This document shows, in pieces, positions 20,102 to 30,672 of a stretch of DNA of 64,000 nucleotides; position 1 is the first letter of the stretch, and the number at the start of each line of letters is the position of its first letter. This stretch comes from an uncultured Chloroflexia bacterium (GTDB taxonomy: Bacteria; Chloroflexota; Limnocylindria; Limnocylindrales; CSP1-4). The notes under the pieces are model-generated. The model had not been told where the DNA came from and did no database searches. It saw only the letters and a list, made by a program, of their open reading frames with translations. The stretch lies in contig CAWEZH010000003.1 of the NCBI GenBank assembly GCA_963813535.1, forward strand, positions 704,001-768,000, read 5' to 3'. The translations under genes were made by a program, and so were the position numbers.

Positions 20102-20867
20102 CGGAGGGACCCGACTCGAGGTCGACGTGCTCGGCGCGGGCCCGGCCTACTCGGATCAGGTGGGCTCCGCGGGCGCCTCCTACCTGGTCAGATCCGGCTC
20201 GACGGCCATGGTGCTGGACCTCGGTCAGGGATCGTTCCCTCGCCTCGCGGCGACCATCGAGCCGAGCACCCTCGATGCCGTCGTCATCAGTCACCTCCAC
20301 CCGGACCACTTCGTCGATCTCGTGGCGCTGCGTCACTACCTCCAGTGGCAGTTCCGGCCGGAGCGTCACGTCCGGGTGCTCGCGCCGGGCGGTCTGGAGC
20401 AACGCCTCGACGCGCTCCATGACGAACCGGGGTTCACCGCGGCCACGCTCGACGTCGAGTCGATCGACGCGTCGGTCGGCGGACCGGTCGAGATCGGCGA
20501 CATCCGACTCGAGGCCGTCCGGGTGACCCACACGGATGACAGTCACGCCTTCCGCGTGTCGCTGGCTGATGGGGTGGGGCTCGTCTATTCCGGCGATTGC
20601 GGACGCGCCGACGATCTGGCGCCGCTCATCCGACGCGGGGACGTCCTGCTCTCCGAGGTGTCGTTCGGGCCAGGACCCGTGCCGTACGACGCCCTCCACC
20701 TCGACGGCCCATCGGTCGGGACGCTGGCTGCGCGGACGGGTGTCGCTCGCGTCCTGCTCACGCATCTCCAGATGGGCTACGACCCGGACGCGACGTTGGC
20801 GGCGGTCGCGTCGCGATACGACGGCTCGATCGAGTTCGTCGAGCCGGGCACGCGTCTCGTGATCTAG
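20094..20867 (+). CDS. MBL-fold metallo-hydrolase (RNase Z/AtsA-like)
   Basis: SHLHPDHFVD, VTH, YSGD, LLTH. Confidence 0.85.
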   Translation: MADGGTRLEVDVLGAGPAYSDQVGSAGASYLVRSGSTAMVLDLGQGSFPRLAATIEPSTLDAVVISHLHPDHFVDLVALRHYLQWQFRPERHVRVLAPGGLEQRLDALHDEPGFTAATLDVESIDASVGGPVEIGDIRLEAVRVTHTDDSHAFRVSLADGVGLVYSGDCGRADDLAPLIRRGDVLLSEVSFGPGPVPYDALHLDGPSVGTLAARTGVARVLLTHLQMGYDPDATLAAVASRYDGSIEFVEPGTRLVI

Positions 20868-20914
20868 CCCCCAGTCCCTCCGGACGCCGGGAACGGCCCC
20901 GGACATGGATCGAC

Positions 20915-21060
20915 CGGGCAGCCAGGTGAGTGGCAGACCCGGTCGAGTCGGATTCGAGACGGTGGACGGAGCACCGCACGGACAGCGCGGCGCTCCGTCC
21001 GGGTCTCGGGGACCCCAACTGAAGCTCGAGCGCGGGATGTGATCCCACATTGCCCGAGGC
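20915..21060. other. Structured intergenic segment (candidate ncRNA)
   Basis: Long hairpins TCGACCGGG...CCCGGTCGA and CGAGAC..GGACGGAGC...GCTCCGTCC..GTCTCG; no convincing ORF. Confidence 0.3.
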
Positions 21061-21164
21061 CGCGGATGGTCCCATGGGTCAGGGGTCCACGTCTAGTACT
21101 TTCGACCCCCTCCGGTGCCGTCGGGCACCGCGCCCTCTGGTGACCGATCCCTTCGTGACATGGT

Positions 21165-21196
21165 GACGACCGCCGCCCGATCGGGCGGCGGTCGTC
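21165..21196 (-). terminator. Hairpin downstream of surface-protein gene
   Basis: Palindrome GACGACCGCCGCCCGATCGGGCGGCGGTCGTC. Confidence 0.6.
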
Positions 21197-21231
21197 GGGT
21201 GCTCGGACCGGTGCGGCTCGGACGCCCCGGG

Positions 21232-22344
21232 TCAGCGAGCGCTGTCCCCCTTGCGAACCCGAGCTGGCGTCAGCACCAGCGCGGCGGTCAGCAGGCCGGC
21301 CATCCCGAGGAGGATGAGCCGCCAGGGGTCACCAGCGGGCGCCGAGGAGGCGACGCCCGTGGTGTCGGTGGCCGGCAGGGTTGCCCTCGAGGTCGCGGCC
21401 GGTGTACCGGTCGCTGGCCCGACGCCCCCCGTCGGCTCTTCTGCGGGGCTGTTGTTGACGATGACGATGGTGAGGCTGAGCTCCTGCTCGCCCTCGTTGG
21501 GCATGCACTCGACGAGCCCGCTCACATCCCAGATGCAGGTGAGCGACGGATCGACGTTCAGCTCGACGAGGATCGGCTCGCTGCCGTCGAAGCCAGCAGG
21601 CACGGTCGACTCGACGATCCAGTACATGCCCTCATCGAGCAGGTCCGTGTCGAGCAGGCCGCCGGTGGCCGCCGCGGGTCCGAACACCTTGGTGTCCGCG
21701 CCGGACTCGAAGACCTCGTCTCCATCGTCGGCCCAGACCTCGAACGACGCTCCGTCGAGGAGCACGTCGTCGGCCTCGGTCGCGGTTCCCTTGTCATCGA
21801 GCTTCGCGATCAGGATGCTCGCCTGATCGGTCTCCTCGGACGGCGGGGGCGTGGGCGTCGGGACGGGCGTGGGGGTCGGGGTCGGGACAGGTGTCGGGGT
21901 CGGCGTCGGGACAGGTGTCGGCGTAGGCGTCGGCACCGGTGTCGGCGTGGGCGTGGGCTGCACGCAGGCGCCGATCTGGAGCTCGAACTCCCTGGTCCAC
22001 CCGCGGTTGCCCGTCGGGTCGTCCCAGGCGGTGATCTCGACCGTCGCCGTGTGCGCCTGCGTCGCCGGCGTCACCGCGATGGTCTTCGAGAACGACGCAC
22101 CGAACGAGAACGGCGAACCCGCCACATCGACGTCGTCGATCGACACGTCGACCGAGTTCGTGCCATTGCTGTTGTACTGGGTGAGGTTGATGACCAGTCC
22201 GCCCTGGCAGGTGAGTGACACGTTGGGCGTGTGCGCCGAGACGGCCGTGGGCGCCAGGAGCGCGACGGCGGTCAGCGCGGCGACGGCCAGCCACGACACA
22301 CGTCGGGCCAGGCGCGAGCGGACACGCGCAGGAGCTGATGTCAT
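21232..22344 (-). CDS. Secreted surface protein with Pro-Thr linker, SpaA/Cna-B-like domain and LPxTD-TM-basic C-terminal sorting signal
   Basis: Signal peptide ending VSA; (PT)n linker; ILIAKLDD...LDGASFEV...YWIVESTVPAGF; LPATD then hydrophobic helix and RVRK tail. Confidence 0.8.
   Translation of the reverse strand: MTSAPARVRSRLARRVSWLAVAALTAVALLAPTAVSAHTPNVSLTCQGGLVINLTQYNSNGTNSVDVSIDDVDVAGSPFSFGASFSKTIAVTPATQAHTATVEITAWDDPTGNRGWTREFELQIGACVQPTPTPTPVPTPTPTPVPTPTPTPVPTPTPTPVPTPTPPPSEETDQASILIAKLDDKGTATEADDVLLDGASFEVWADDGDEVFESGADTKVFGPAAATGGLLDTDLLDEGMYWIVESTVPAGFDGSEPILVELNVDPSLTCIWDVSGLVECMPNEGEQELSLTIVIVNNSPAEEPTGGVGPATGTPAATSRATLPATDTTGVASSAPAGDPWRLILLGMAGLLTAALVLTPARVRKGDSAR
21848..21958 (-). 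repeat. Pro-Thr tandem repeat (PTPTPTPV units)
   Basis: Degenerate 24-bp repeats inside the CDS. Confidence 0.85.
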
Positions 22345-22610
22345 GTGACGGTTCCCCGAGCAGAGGCCGGAGCCTCGGTTGGATGGATCTCGCGTCGGTG
22401 GCTTCCCCCGGTGGTGTCCGTGCACCGGCGCGAGAGGCCGGATATTCCCATGAGGGTCCTGGCCGGTCTAGTACCTCTGGCGGCCGACCACCACACCAGT
22501 CCCTCCCCCACCGCCCAGGGGACGGCGAATTCGTTGCTGCCCAGCAACGAACGGTCCTGCCGGCGGCCTGGTACCTCCGGTGTCCGACCGACCCAAGTAC
22601 GATGCAGCGC

Positions 22611-24294
22611 GTGATCCCACCCGCGCTCCGCACCCAGATCCGCCGCGCCGTCCAGGACGCCTGGGAGCGCGCGATCGCGGAGGGTGCGCTCTCGACCCTC
22701 GATGACGCAGCACGTCCCGTCGTGGAGGTCGAACGACCGGCCAAACCGGAGCACGGGGACTTCGCGACGAACCTGGCGATGAAGCTCGCCCGACCGTACA
22801 GACGGGCGCCGCTCGAGCTCGCCACGTTGCTGGCGGCCAAGATGGTCCGAGACGGCTCCGCGCCGGCGGCGACGTCGCCGGTCGAAGCGGTCGAGGTCGC
22901 CCCGCCCGGCTTTCTCAACGTCCGCGTGCGCGCCGGGGCGCTCGAGGCCATGGTCGACGGCATCCTTGCCGAGCCCGATGCGTGGGGACACGTGGATGCG
23001 CTCTCGACGCGGTCGGTCAACGTCGAGTTCGTATCGGCCAACCCGACCGGGCCGCTGACCATCGGCAATGCCCGAGGCGCGTTCATCGGCGATCTGCTCA
23101 GCCGTGTGCTCGAGGCGGGCGGCCAGCGTGTGACGCGCGAGTACTACTTCAACGACTCAGGCGCGCAGATCGACAACCTCGGTGCGTCTGTCGTCGCCAT
23201 CCGGCGAGGCGATCCGATCCCGGAGGAGGGCTACCAGGGCGCGTATGTCAGCGACCTCGCCGCCGAGCGTGCCGGACGATGTGTGGGCTGCGGCCAACGC
23301 GTCGGGCGCCGATCCGGCAGCGGAGATCGGGCACTGGGCCGCGGGCGAGATCCGCGCCCAGATCGAAGCGAGCCTGGAACGGCTCGGTGTCCATTTCGAT
23401 GTCTGGACGAGCGAGGGCCGCTTGCACGCCGAGGGCTGGGTCGGGCGCGCCGTCGAGCGACTCCGCGAGCGTGGCCACGTCTACGAAGAGGACGAGGCGA
23501 CGTGGTTCCGATCGACCGCATTCGGGGACGACAAGGATCGGGTCATCTACCGGGCTGATGGCCGTCCGACCTACTTCGCGGCCGACATCGGCTACGTCAC
23601 CGAGAAGTTCAGCCGCGGGTTCGACCACCTCATCTACGTCTGGGGGGCGGATCACCACGGGACGGTCGCGCGGGTCCGCAATGCGGCCGAGGCGATGGGC
23701 TACGACCCCGCGGCTGTGCAGGTGCTTCTCTATTCATGGGTCCGCTTCGTGCGCGACGGCGTCGAGGTGTCGATGTCGAAGCGGGCGGGGGAGTTCATCA
23801 CCCTCGACGAACTGCTGGCCGAGGTCGGGGTCGACGCCGCTCGCTGGTTCTTCGCCTCACGCGCAGCCACGACAGCCATCGATTTCGACATCGAGCTTGC
23901 CAAGAAGCAGTCGAACGAGAACCCGGTCTTCTACGTGCAGTACGCACACGCCCGCATCGCATCGATCCTGCGCAAGGCCGCGGACGCCGGCCTGACGCCG
24001 GCCACGACCGTCGCCGGCACGCTGTCGACCGGGCCCGAGGCCGCCCTGGCGCGGGCCATCGTGCGTCTGCCCGAGGTCATCGAGGACGCCGTCGCCGACG
24101 AGGAGACCCACGGCATCACGGCCTACGCGACCGAGCTCGCGACGGCGTTCCATGCCTTCTACCGCGATGCCCGCGTCGTCGACCCGGACAACCCGGAGCG
24201 GTCGGCATCGCGCCTCGCACTCGCGCGTGCCGCACAGCTCACGCTCGCGCGCACGCTCGGGCTCCTCGGGATCTCGGCGCCCGAGTCGATGTGA
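22611..24294 (+). CDS. argS: Arginine--tRNA ligase, +1 frameshift near 23268 (probable sequencing error)
   Basis: HGDFATN and EFVSANPTGPLTIGNARG in first frame; WGADHHG, MSKRAG, YVQYAHARI, APESM in second frame. Confidence 0.93.
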
Positions 24295-24328
24295 TGATCG
24301 ACGCGGGCCGCGGCCCGCGGGTCGGGAG

Positions 24329-25606
24329 CTAGCCCGCCAGACCGAGGACGCCGGCGACCTTCTGCAGGGCGGCGTCGTCGCTGCCGATGACCACCCAGCG
24401 GGTCGTGCCGCCGGCACCGGGCAGGACCGACCCCGGACCGCCGGCCTTCTCGACCGCGCTCTTGGCGGTGACCTCGAACTCGGCAGCGTCATCTTCGGTA
24501 TCCCACACCGTGTGCCAGGCGACCGCCCAGGCATCGCTGGGACCGCCAAGCAGCGTGATGCGGTCGCCGCCCCAACCGGCGGCGGCGTCGGTGGCAGCCG
24601 CGATCGTCCCCGATCCGAGCCAGATGGCCGTCTGGTGCTCGCCCATCGTCTCCTCGTCGACGACCGACCAGCCAGTGCCCATCTTGCTCGCCAGGTCGTC
24701 CGCAAGGTCGACCGCCATCGGCGCTTCCCGGCTCTGGTACTTCTCGGGGTGGAGGACCTGCTCGGTCGACTTTGGCGGGTCCCCGAACGCCGCGTCGACG
24801 GCCTCCCAGCCACCGGCCACCTGCATGCCGGCGACGAACTGGGTGCCCTGCAACGCAGAGAACATCAGTTGCGCGGCGACGATCGGTGGGATCTTGTCGA
24901 GGGCGGCCTGTGCCTCCGGGTCTGCCGAGGCCTCCAGCACTTCCGTTAGCTCCGCAGGCGTCAGGTTCTGCTGGAGCCAGTAGGTCATGAGCACGTACGC
25001 ATCGCCCTCCACGAGGGATTGACGCCCGAGCGCTTCGTCCGTCTGGTCGTCGAGTCCCTCGGTGATCGCCTCGAGGTCGTAGTTCTGGTCCTGGAGGGCG
25101 TGGTCGTACTCGTGTGAGTAGTAGACCTTCTCGACCGCTCCGACCCCACCCGCCTTCGACACGACGTAGAGCCGCTCCTCGACCGGGTCGTACAGGCCGG
25201 CGACCTGGCTCGACAGCAGCTCGATGTAGACGTCGGCGAGCTTGTCGTCCTTCGGCAGCAGCCCGAGTGCGTGGTACATGCGCTCGTCGGCGGCGACCTG
25301 GTCGGGCGGGTAGTCCTTTTGGAACGACGTGCGCAGCACCTCGGTCATCTCCTCGGGTGAGACGACGGTCGGTTCGACGGGCTTCTTTTCCTCGAGGCCG
25401 CGGATGGCCCGGACCTGCTCGTTGATCTCGGCGTACACGGTGGCGAGGTCCGGCGAGCCGGATGGGCTCGGCGTCGCGCCGGAGCCCGACGGTGTCGGCG
25501 GCGCGGAGGGACTGGCTGACGGGGATGGGGCGGCGTTGCCGCACGCCACGACGATGAGGGCGAGGACGGCGATCGACACGATCGACCGGGGAAAGATTCG
25601 ATCCAT
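24329..25606 (-). CDS. Lipoprotein with HExxH zinc-metallopeptidase-like motif
   Basis: Lipobox VVAC, S/P linker, HEYDHALQDQ and EGDA third-ligand motif. Confidence 0.8.
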   Translation of the reverse strand: MDRIFPRSIVSIAVLALIVVACGNAAPSPSASPSAPPTPSGSGATPSPSGSPDLATVYAEINEQVRAIRGLEEKKPVEPTVVSPEEMTEVLRTSFQKDYPPDQVAADERMYHALGLLPKDDKLADVYIELLSSQVAGLYDPVEERLYVVSKAGGVGAVEKVYYSHEYDHALQDQNYDLEAITEGLDDQTDEALGRQSLVEGDAYVLMTYWLQQNLTPAELTEVLEASADPEAQAALDKIPPIVAAQLMFSALQGTQFVAGMQVAGGWEAVDAAFGDPPKSTEQVLHPEKYQSREAPMAVDLADDLASKMGTGWSVVDEETMGEHQTAIWLGSGTIAAATDAAAGWGGDRITLLGGPSDAWAVAWHTVWDTEDDAAEFEVTAKSAVEKAGGPGSVLPGAGGTTRWVVIGSDDAALQKVAGVLGLAG

Positions 25607-25712
25607 GACCCGATCGTACACGCGGCCGAGATAGCGCCCGGACGCACGGTCGGTATCGCTTTCTTAACCGGTTGCCGTCTCGACCGTGAATCAGGGCGCC
25701 GTAGCGTAGCGA

Positions 25713-25791
25713 TCGGACGAACCCTCAGGGTTCCATCCTCCCTCCCTCCGACCGGGGGCGCCGATTGGGCAGGCGCTCCCGGTCTTTCTCT
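25713..25791 (+). ncRNA. Candidate small RNA (hairpin, CU-rich single strand, terminator)
   Basis: TAGCGT -10-like at 25702-25707; GAACCC-TCA-GGGTTC; CATCCTCCCTCCCTCC; 13-bp stem plus TTTCTCT. Confidence 0.4.
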
Positions 25792-25874
25792 GTCCGGCAT
25801 TTGCTCCACCGAGGTCCGAGGGGGAGCTCCGCGACCCCATCGGCCCGAGGTCCGCTGTGTCAGAATCGGGCCTC

Positions 25875-26555
25875 ATGGAACTGACCTGGTACGGCCGGAC
25901 GTGCGTCCGTCTGCGCGGCAAGGACGCCGTCGTCGTCGCCGACCCCTATCAATCCGTGGTCGGCCCGACCGGCCGCGGGATCACCGGCGACATCGTGACG
26001 TTCAGCCACCCCGATGACGCGCCCGTCGCTCGCGGCAAGCCCAAGGGCAAGCTGTCACGCGACGGGTCGACACTCATCCCCTCGAGCCTGGATGCGGCGT
26101 TCGTGCTCGACGGGCCCGGTGAATACGAGGTCAAGGAGGTGCTGGTCACCGGCGTCCGCACCTACCGCGACGACGCCAAGGGTGCCGAGCACGGCAAGGG
26201 CGTTTCGTTCGTCGTCGAGGTCGACGGGGTCCATACGATCCACCTCGGCGAGATCGGCCATCTCCTCTCGGAGGAGAAGCTCGGCGACATCGGCCAGGTT
26301 GATATCGCGTGCGTGCCCCTCGGGGGAACCCTCAGTCCGACCAAGGCCGCGGCACTGATGGCCCAGCTCGACCCCAAGATCGTCGTGCCCATGACCCTGT
26401 GCGACGACGACGCCGACTGCGCCGAGGCGCTCGCCAAGTTCTTCCACGAGATGGGCGCCGAGCCCGTCACGCAGCCGAAGCTGTCCGTGACGTCGTCGAG
26501 CCTGCCGGGGGAGACGATGACCGTCCTCCTGGAGTCGCGCGGCAAGCAGCCCTAG
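25875..26555 (+). CDS. MBL-fold (Lactamase_B_3-like) protein with degenerate metal ligands
   Basis: MELTWYG..CVRL, VADPY, FSHPDD, GPGEYEV, IHLGEIGH, PKIVVPM. Confidence 0.8.
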   Translation: MELTWYGRTCVRLRGKDAVVVADPYQSVVGPTGRGITGDIVTFSHPDDAPVARGKPKGKLSRDGSTLIPSSLDAAFVLDGPGEYEVKEVLVTGVRTYRDDAKGAEHGKGVSFVVEVDGVHTIHLGEIGHLLSEEKLGDIGQVDIACVPLGGTLSPTKAAALMAQLDPKIVVPMTLCDDDADCAEALAKFFHEMGAEPVTQPKLSVTSSSLPGETMTVLLESRGKQP

Positions 26556-26582
26556 CCGTCGAACGCAGGCCCCGGGCACGGC

Positions 26583-27947
26583 TCAGGGCCGGTCGAGCAC
26601 CACGCGTCCGCGCTTGATGACGGTGCGGACGAGGTCGGCACCCGGGTGGTATGGGATCCGCTTGCTGGTCGGGACCCGCCAGATCACCAGGTCCGCGGCC
26701 TTGCCCGGTTCGATCGACCCGATCTCGTCCTCGAGGGCCAGCGCGCGGGCCGCGTTGATGGTCACGGCCGCGAGGGCTTCGTCGGGGGTCATGCGCAGGT
26801 TGACGCAGGCGAACGACATCGCAAGGGTCAGGTTCGGTGTCGGCGACGTCCCGGGGTTGAAGTCCGACCCGATGGCGACCGGGACGCCCGCCTCGATGAA
26901 CGCCCGAGCCGGCGCGTGGTGATCCTTCATCAGGAACCACGTCGTGACCGGCAGGAGGGTCGCGACCACAGGATCGTCGGCATCCGCGGCGGCGCCCATC
27001 GCCGCGATCCCCTCGAGCGACGGGGAGGCGAGGTGGTCGGCCGAGGCCGCCCCGATCTCCGCCGCGAGCTCGGCGCCGCCGGACGGTGCCAGCTCGTCGG
27101 CATGCAGTCGAGGCAACAGCCCATAGGCGCGGGCCGCCTCGAGGATGCGTCGCGAATGGTCGGCGCTGAAGACGCCCTCCTCGCAGAAGACGTCCGCGAA
27201 CCGCGCTCGACCATGGGCGGCGATGCCCGGCAGCTGTTCGTCGAGCAGGTGCCGGATATAGGCGTCGACGCCGTCCGGGCGCGATCGGAACTCGGGCGGC
27301 ACGGCATGGGCACCCAGCCACGTCGGGACGACCTCGATGGGGCCCTCTCGCCCGAGCCGGTAGGCGACCTCGATGAGCCGGAGCTCCGTCTCCAGGTCGA
27401 GGCCGTACCCGGACTTCGCCTCCACCGTGGTGACGCCGTGGGTGAGCATCTCGTCGAGCCAGCGCCGGCCATGGATCAACAGATCGGATTCCGATGCGGC
27501 GCGGGTCGCCGCGACGGTCGACAGGATCCCGCCGCCCGCCGCGAGGATGTCGAGATATGACGCCCCCTGCTGGCGGAGGACCAACTCGTCCTCGCGGGAC
27601 CCCGCGAAGAGCAGATGGGTGTGCGGGTCGATCAGGCCGGGTGTCACCGATCCACCGGCTGCGTCGACCCGTGCGAACCGGGCGAGCGGCAGGCCATCCG
27701 CCTCGAGCTCGGCCTCCACGCCGTCTCGCGGGCCGACGGCGGCGATGCGCCCCTCCCAGACGGCGACGACGGGTGCATCGGGCGATGCCGGGTCCTCGGC
27801 GGGCAACCGCGCCACATCGCCCTGCAACGGTCCGCGGCGGATCCCGCCGGCGAGGGTGACGACCTCGCTTGCCCCGACGATGAGCAGACCGGGCGTGACC
27901 TCGCCCGTCCGCCCGCCTTCGATGACGCGGAACGGACCGCCGCTCAT
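26583..27947 (-). CDS. hutI: Imidazolonepropionase
   Basis: PGLIDPHTHL, GGGILSTV, EAKSGYGL, DVFCEEG, LHADEL, SDFNPG. Confidence 0.94.
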   Translation of the reverse strand: MSGGPFRVIEGGRTGEVTPGLLIVGASEVVTLAGGIRRGPLQGDVARLPAEDPASPDAPVVAVWEGRIAAVGPRDGVEAELEADGLPLARFARVDAAGGSVTPGLIDPHTHLLFAGSREDELVLRQQGASYLDILAAGGGILSTVAATRAASESDLLIHGRRWLDEMLTHGVTTVEAKSGYGLDLETELRLIEVAYRLGREGPIEVVPTWLGAHAVPPEFRSRPDGVDAYIRHLLDEQLPGIAAHGRARFADVFCEEGVFSADHSRRILEAARAYGLLPRLHADELAPSGGAELAAEIGAASADHLASPSLEGIAAMGAAADADDPVVATLLPVTTWFLMKDHHAPARAFIEAGVPVAIGSDFNPGTSPTPNLTLAMSFACVNLRMTPDEALAAVTINAARALALEDEIGSIEPGKAADLVIWRVPTSKRIPYHPGADLVRTVIKRGRVVLDRP

Positions 27948-28948
27948 GACGATCCGGGGCCGTCGCCCGGGCTCGCGGTGCTCATGCCGGCCCGGGCAGC
28001 CTCGAGTCGTCGCTCGAGGATCTGCATCGGCGAGTGATCGCGGAGACGGATGTACTCGGCAGCGGCGGCAAGCCGTTCGTCGATGCCGCCAACGGCCTCG
28101 GCATGTGCGGCGATCGCCTCGAACGCCGCTTGCGGCGCCAGCCCGATGAGCTCCGACTCCGCCGGCCGGACGCCGTCCTCCGCGGCGAGCTCGCGCACGA
28201 CGTCCCAGACCAGCCACAGGGGGGTGACCTCGAAGTCGAGGAGGTTCATCGAGACCTGGGCACGGGGCGGATGGCCTCGTTCGGGCTCGTGGACCTCGAA
28301 GCCGTTCGCCTGGAGCTTCGGTAGTCCCCCGCCGGATTCGCGGACCCGGCGTGCGATCCTCTTGGCGAGATCGACATCGTCGGAGTCGAGGTTGATGTTG
28401 TAGGCGATGAGGAACGGGCGCGCGCCGACCGCTACAGCACCGGCGGATGGATGGAGTCGTGTCGGCCCGAAGTCCGGCTCGCGGCCGCGCTGACCGATCT
28501 CCTCCTTGAGCCCCTCGTACTGACCGCGCCGAACGTCGGCCAGGCGCTCGCGGTCGGGGCGTCGAGCGGCGCGAGCGTAGAGGTAGACGGGCAGGTCGAA
28601 GCGCGTCGCGACCCGCTCCCCGAAGCGTCGGGCGAGGTCGATCACCTCGTCCATGGTCGACGACCCGAGCGGGATGAAGGGGATGACGTCGACCGAGCCG
28701 ATGCGCGGATGCTCACCCTCGTGGGCGTCCATGTCGATCTCGTGGATCGCCCCTGCAAGGAGCCGCTCGAGGGCCTCGCTGACCGCGGCGTCGTCGCCGG
28801 CCATCGTGAAGACCGAGCGGTTGTGGCTCGCGTCGCTCGTGCGGTCGAGGAGGGCGACCTCGGGGACGGACGTGATCGCATCGGCAAGCCGGTCGACCAC
28901 GTCGATCCGGCGCCCCTCGGAGACGTTCGGGACCGACTCGACGAGCAC
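27944..28948 (-). CDS. ftcD: Glutamate formiminotransferase
   Basis: VESVPNVSEGR, HNRSV, GEHPRIGSVDVIPF, GARPFLIAYN, QVSMNL. Confidence 0.93.
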   Translation of the reverse strand: MLVESVPNVSEGRRIDVVDRLADAITSVPEVALLDRTSDASHNRSVFTMAGDDAAVSEALERLLAGAIHEIDMDAHEGEHPRIGSVDVIPFIPLGSSTMDEVIDLARRFGERVATRFDLPVYLYARAARRPDRERLADVRRGQYEGLKEEIGQRGREPDFGPTRLHPSAGAVAVGARPFLIAYNINLDSDDVDLAKRIARRVRESGGGLPKLQANGFEVHEPERGHPPRAQVSMNLLDFEVTPLWLVWDVVRELAAEDGVRPAESELIGLAPQAAFEAIAAHAEAVGGIDERLAAAAEYIRLRDHSPMQILERRLEAARAGMSTASPGDGPGSS

Positions 28949-28992
28949 CCGCTGATGCTACTCGGCGCCGCGCGCCGCCGATGGCCGACCGC

Positions 28993-30663
28993 TCAGCGGT
29001 CCTCGAGCATCGGGACGTGGACGCCTCGCTCACGGGCGACCTCGATCGCCCGGTCATAGCCGGCATCGACGTGGCGCAGGACCCCCATCGCCGGATCCGT
29101 CGTGAGCACGCGCTCGAGCTTCTGGGCCGCGAGCGGGGAGCCATCCGCGACCACGACCATGCCGGCATGCTGCGAGAAGCCGATGCCCACGCCGCCACCG
29201 TGGTGGATCGACACCCATGACGCTCCGGCGGCCGTGTTGACGAGCGCGTTCAGCAGCGGCCAGTCAGCCACGGCGTCGGTGCCATCCGCCATCGCCTCGG
29301 TCTCCCGGTTCGGCGAGGCGACCGAACCGGCGTCGAGATGGTCGCGGCCGATGACGATCGGAGCGCTGACCTCACCCGATGCGACGAGCTCGTTGAAGGC
29401 TAGGCCGGCGCGTGACCGTTCCCCATACCCGAGCCAGCAGATGCGGGCCGGCAGGCCCTGGAACGGGACACGGGCCTCGGCAATCTCGATCCAGCGCCGG
29501 AGCCCGGCATCGTCGGGGAAGAGCTCGAGGACGGCGCGGTCGGTCCGAGCGATGTCGGCAGGATCGCCCGACAGCGCCGCCCAGCGGAACGGGCCCCGGC
29601 CCTCGCAGAACTGCGGCCGGATGAACGCCGGGACGAACCCCGGGTAGTCGAACGCGTCGGCGACGCCAGCGTCCTTGGCTTGCGCCCTGAGGTTGTTGCC
29701 GTAGTCGAAGACGATCGCGCCTGCACGCTGGAACTCGAGCATCGCCCTGACATGGGCGGCCATCGCGGCCGTCGACCGTCGCTCGTACTCGGCCGGCTGG
29801 GTCCTGCGGAGGGTGAGCGCGTCATCCAGCGAGATCTCGGCCGGCACGTAGCCGGCCAGCGCGTCATGGGCGGATGTCTGGTCCGTCACCAGGTCGAAGC
29901 GCTCCCCCGCCGCGGCCCAGCCAGGTTCGATCTCGGCGGCATTGCCGACCAGCGCGATCGAAGTCGCTTCACCTGCGCCGGCGCCGGCACGCGCCCAGGC
30001 GAGGGCCTCCGCCGGCTCGTGCGTCAACCGGTCGACGTACCCGATGTCGAGGCGGCGCTGGGCCCGTGCCGGGTCGACCTCGATGGCGAGACACACCCCC
30101 TCGTTCATCGTCACGGCCAGGGGCTGTGCACCGCCCATCCCGCCCAGTCCCGCCGTGAGGGTGATCGTCCCGCGCAGTGTCCCACCGAAATGCTGGCGAG
30201 CGGCCTCGGCGAAGGTCTCGTACGTTCCCTGCAGGATCCCCTGGGTCCCGATGTAGATCCAGGAGCCGGCGGTCATCTGGCCGTACATCATCAAGCCGGC
30301 GCGCTCGAGCTCGCGGAAATGCTCCCAGGTCGCCCAGCGACCGACGAGGTTCGAGTTGGCGATCAGGACCCGGGGTGCCCACTCGTGGGTGCGGAGCACC
30401 CCGACGGGCTTGCCGCTCTGGACGAGTAGCGTCTCGTCGTCGGCAAGGACCCGCAACTCGCGGACGATGGCGTCGAACGCGTCCCAGTCGCGTGCCGCCT
30501 TGCCGGTCCCGCCATAGACGACGAGGTGGTCGGGGTCCTCGGCGACCTCCGGGTCGAGGTTGTTCATCAGCATCCGCAACGCGGCTTCCTGCGCCCAACC
30601 ACGGCACGTCAACTCGGGGCCACGCGGCGCGCGGACGGGACGCGGGCCGGCGCTGGTCGTCAT
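28993..30663 (-). CDS. hutU: Urocanate hydratase
   Basis: [48 protein letters not shown]. Confidence 0.97.
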   Translation of the reverse strand: MTTSAGPRPVRAPRGPELTCRGWAQEAALRMLMNNLDPEVAEDPDHLVVYGGTGKAARDWDAFDAIVRELRVLADDETLLVQSGKPVGVLRTHEWAPRVLIANSNLVGRWATWEHFRELERAGLMMYGQMTAGSWIYIGTQGILQGTYETFAEAARQHFGGTLRGTITLTAGLGGMGGAQPLAVTMNEGVCLAIEVDPARAQRRLDIGYVDRLTHEPAEALAWARAGAGAGEATSIALVGNAAEIEPGWAAAGERFDLVTDQTSAHDALAGYVPAEISLDDALTLRRTQPAEYERRSTAAMAAHVRAMLEFQRAGAIVFDYGNNLRAQAKDAGVADAFDYPGFVPAFIRPQFCEGRGPFRWAALSGDPADIARTDRAVLELFPDDAGLRRWIEIAEARVPFQGLPARICWLGYGERSRAGLAFNELVASGEVSAPIVIGRDHLDAGSVASPNRETEAMADGTDAVADWPLLNALVNTAAGASWVSIHHGGGVGIGFSQHAGMVVVADGSPLAAQKLERVLTTDPAMGVLRHVDAGYDRAIEVARERGVHVPMLEDR

Positions 30664-30672
30664 GCGGTCAGG

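Noticed and set aside
21848-21958. Tandem repeats (also 58592-58670) as a CRISPR array
   Set aside because: In-frame degenerate coding repeats without unique spacers; no cas genes
22345-22440. c-di-GMP-I riboswitch upstream of the surface protein (GGCTCCGGCCT fragment)
   Set aside because: GGCAAA and GNRA/receptor elements not found; only a short partial resemblance
23260-23275. Frameshift in argS as programmed frameshifting or pseudogene
   Set aside because: Essential gene, single extra base, no slippery site; similar single-base breaks elsewhere indicate sequencing error
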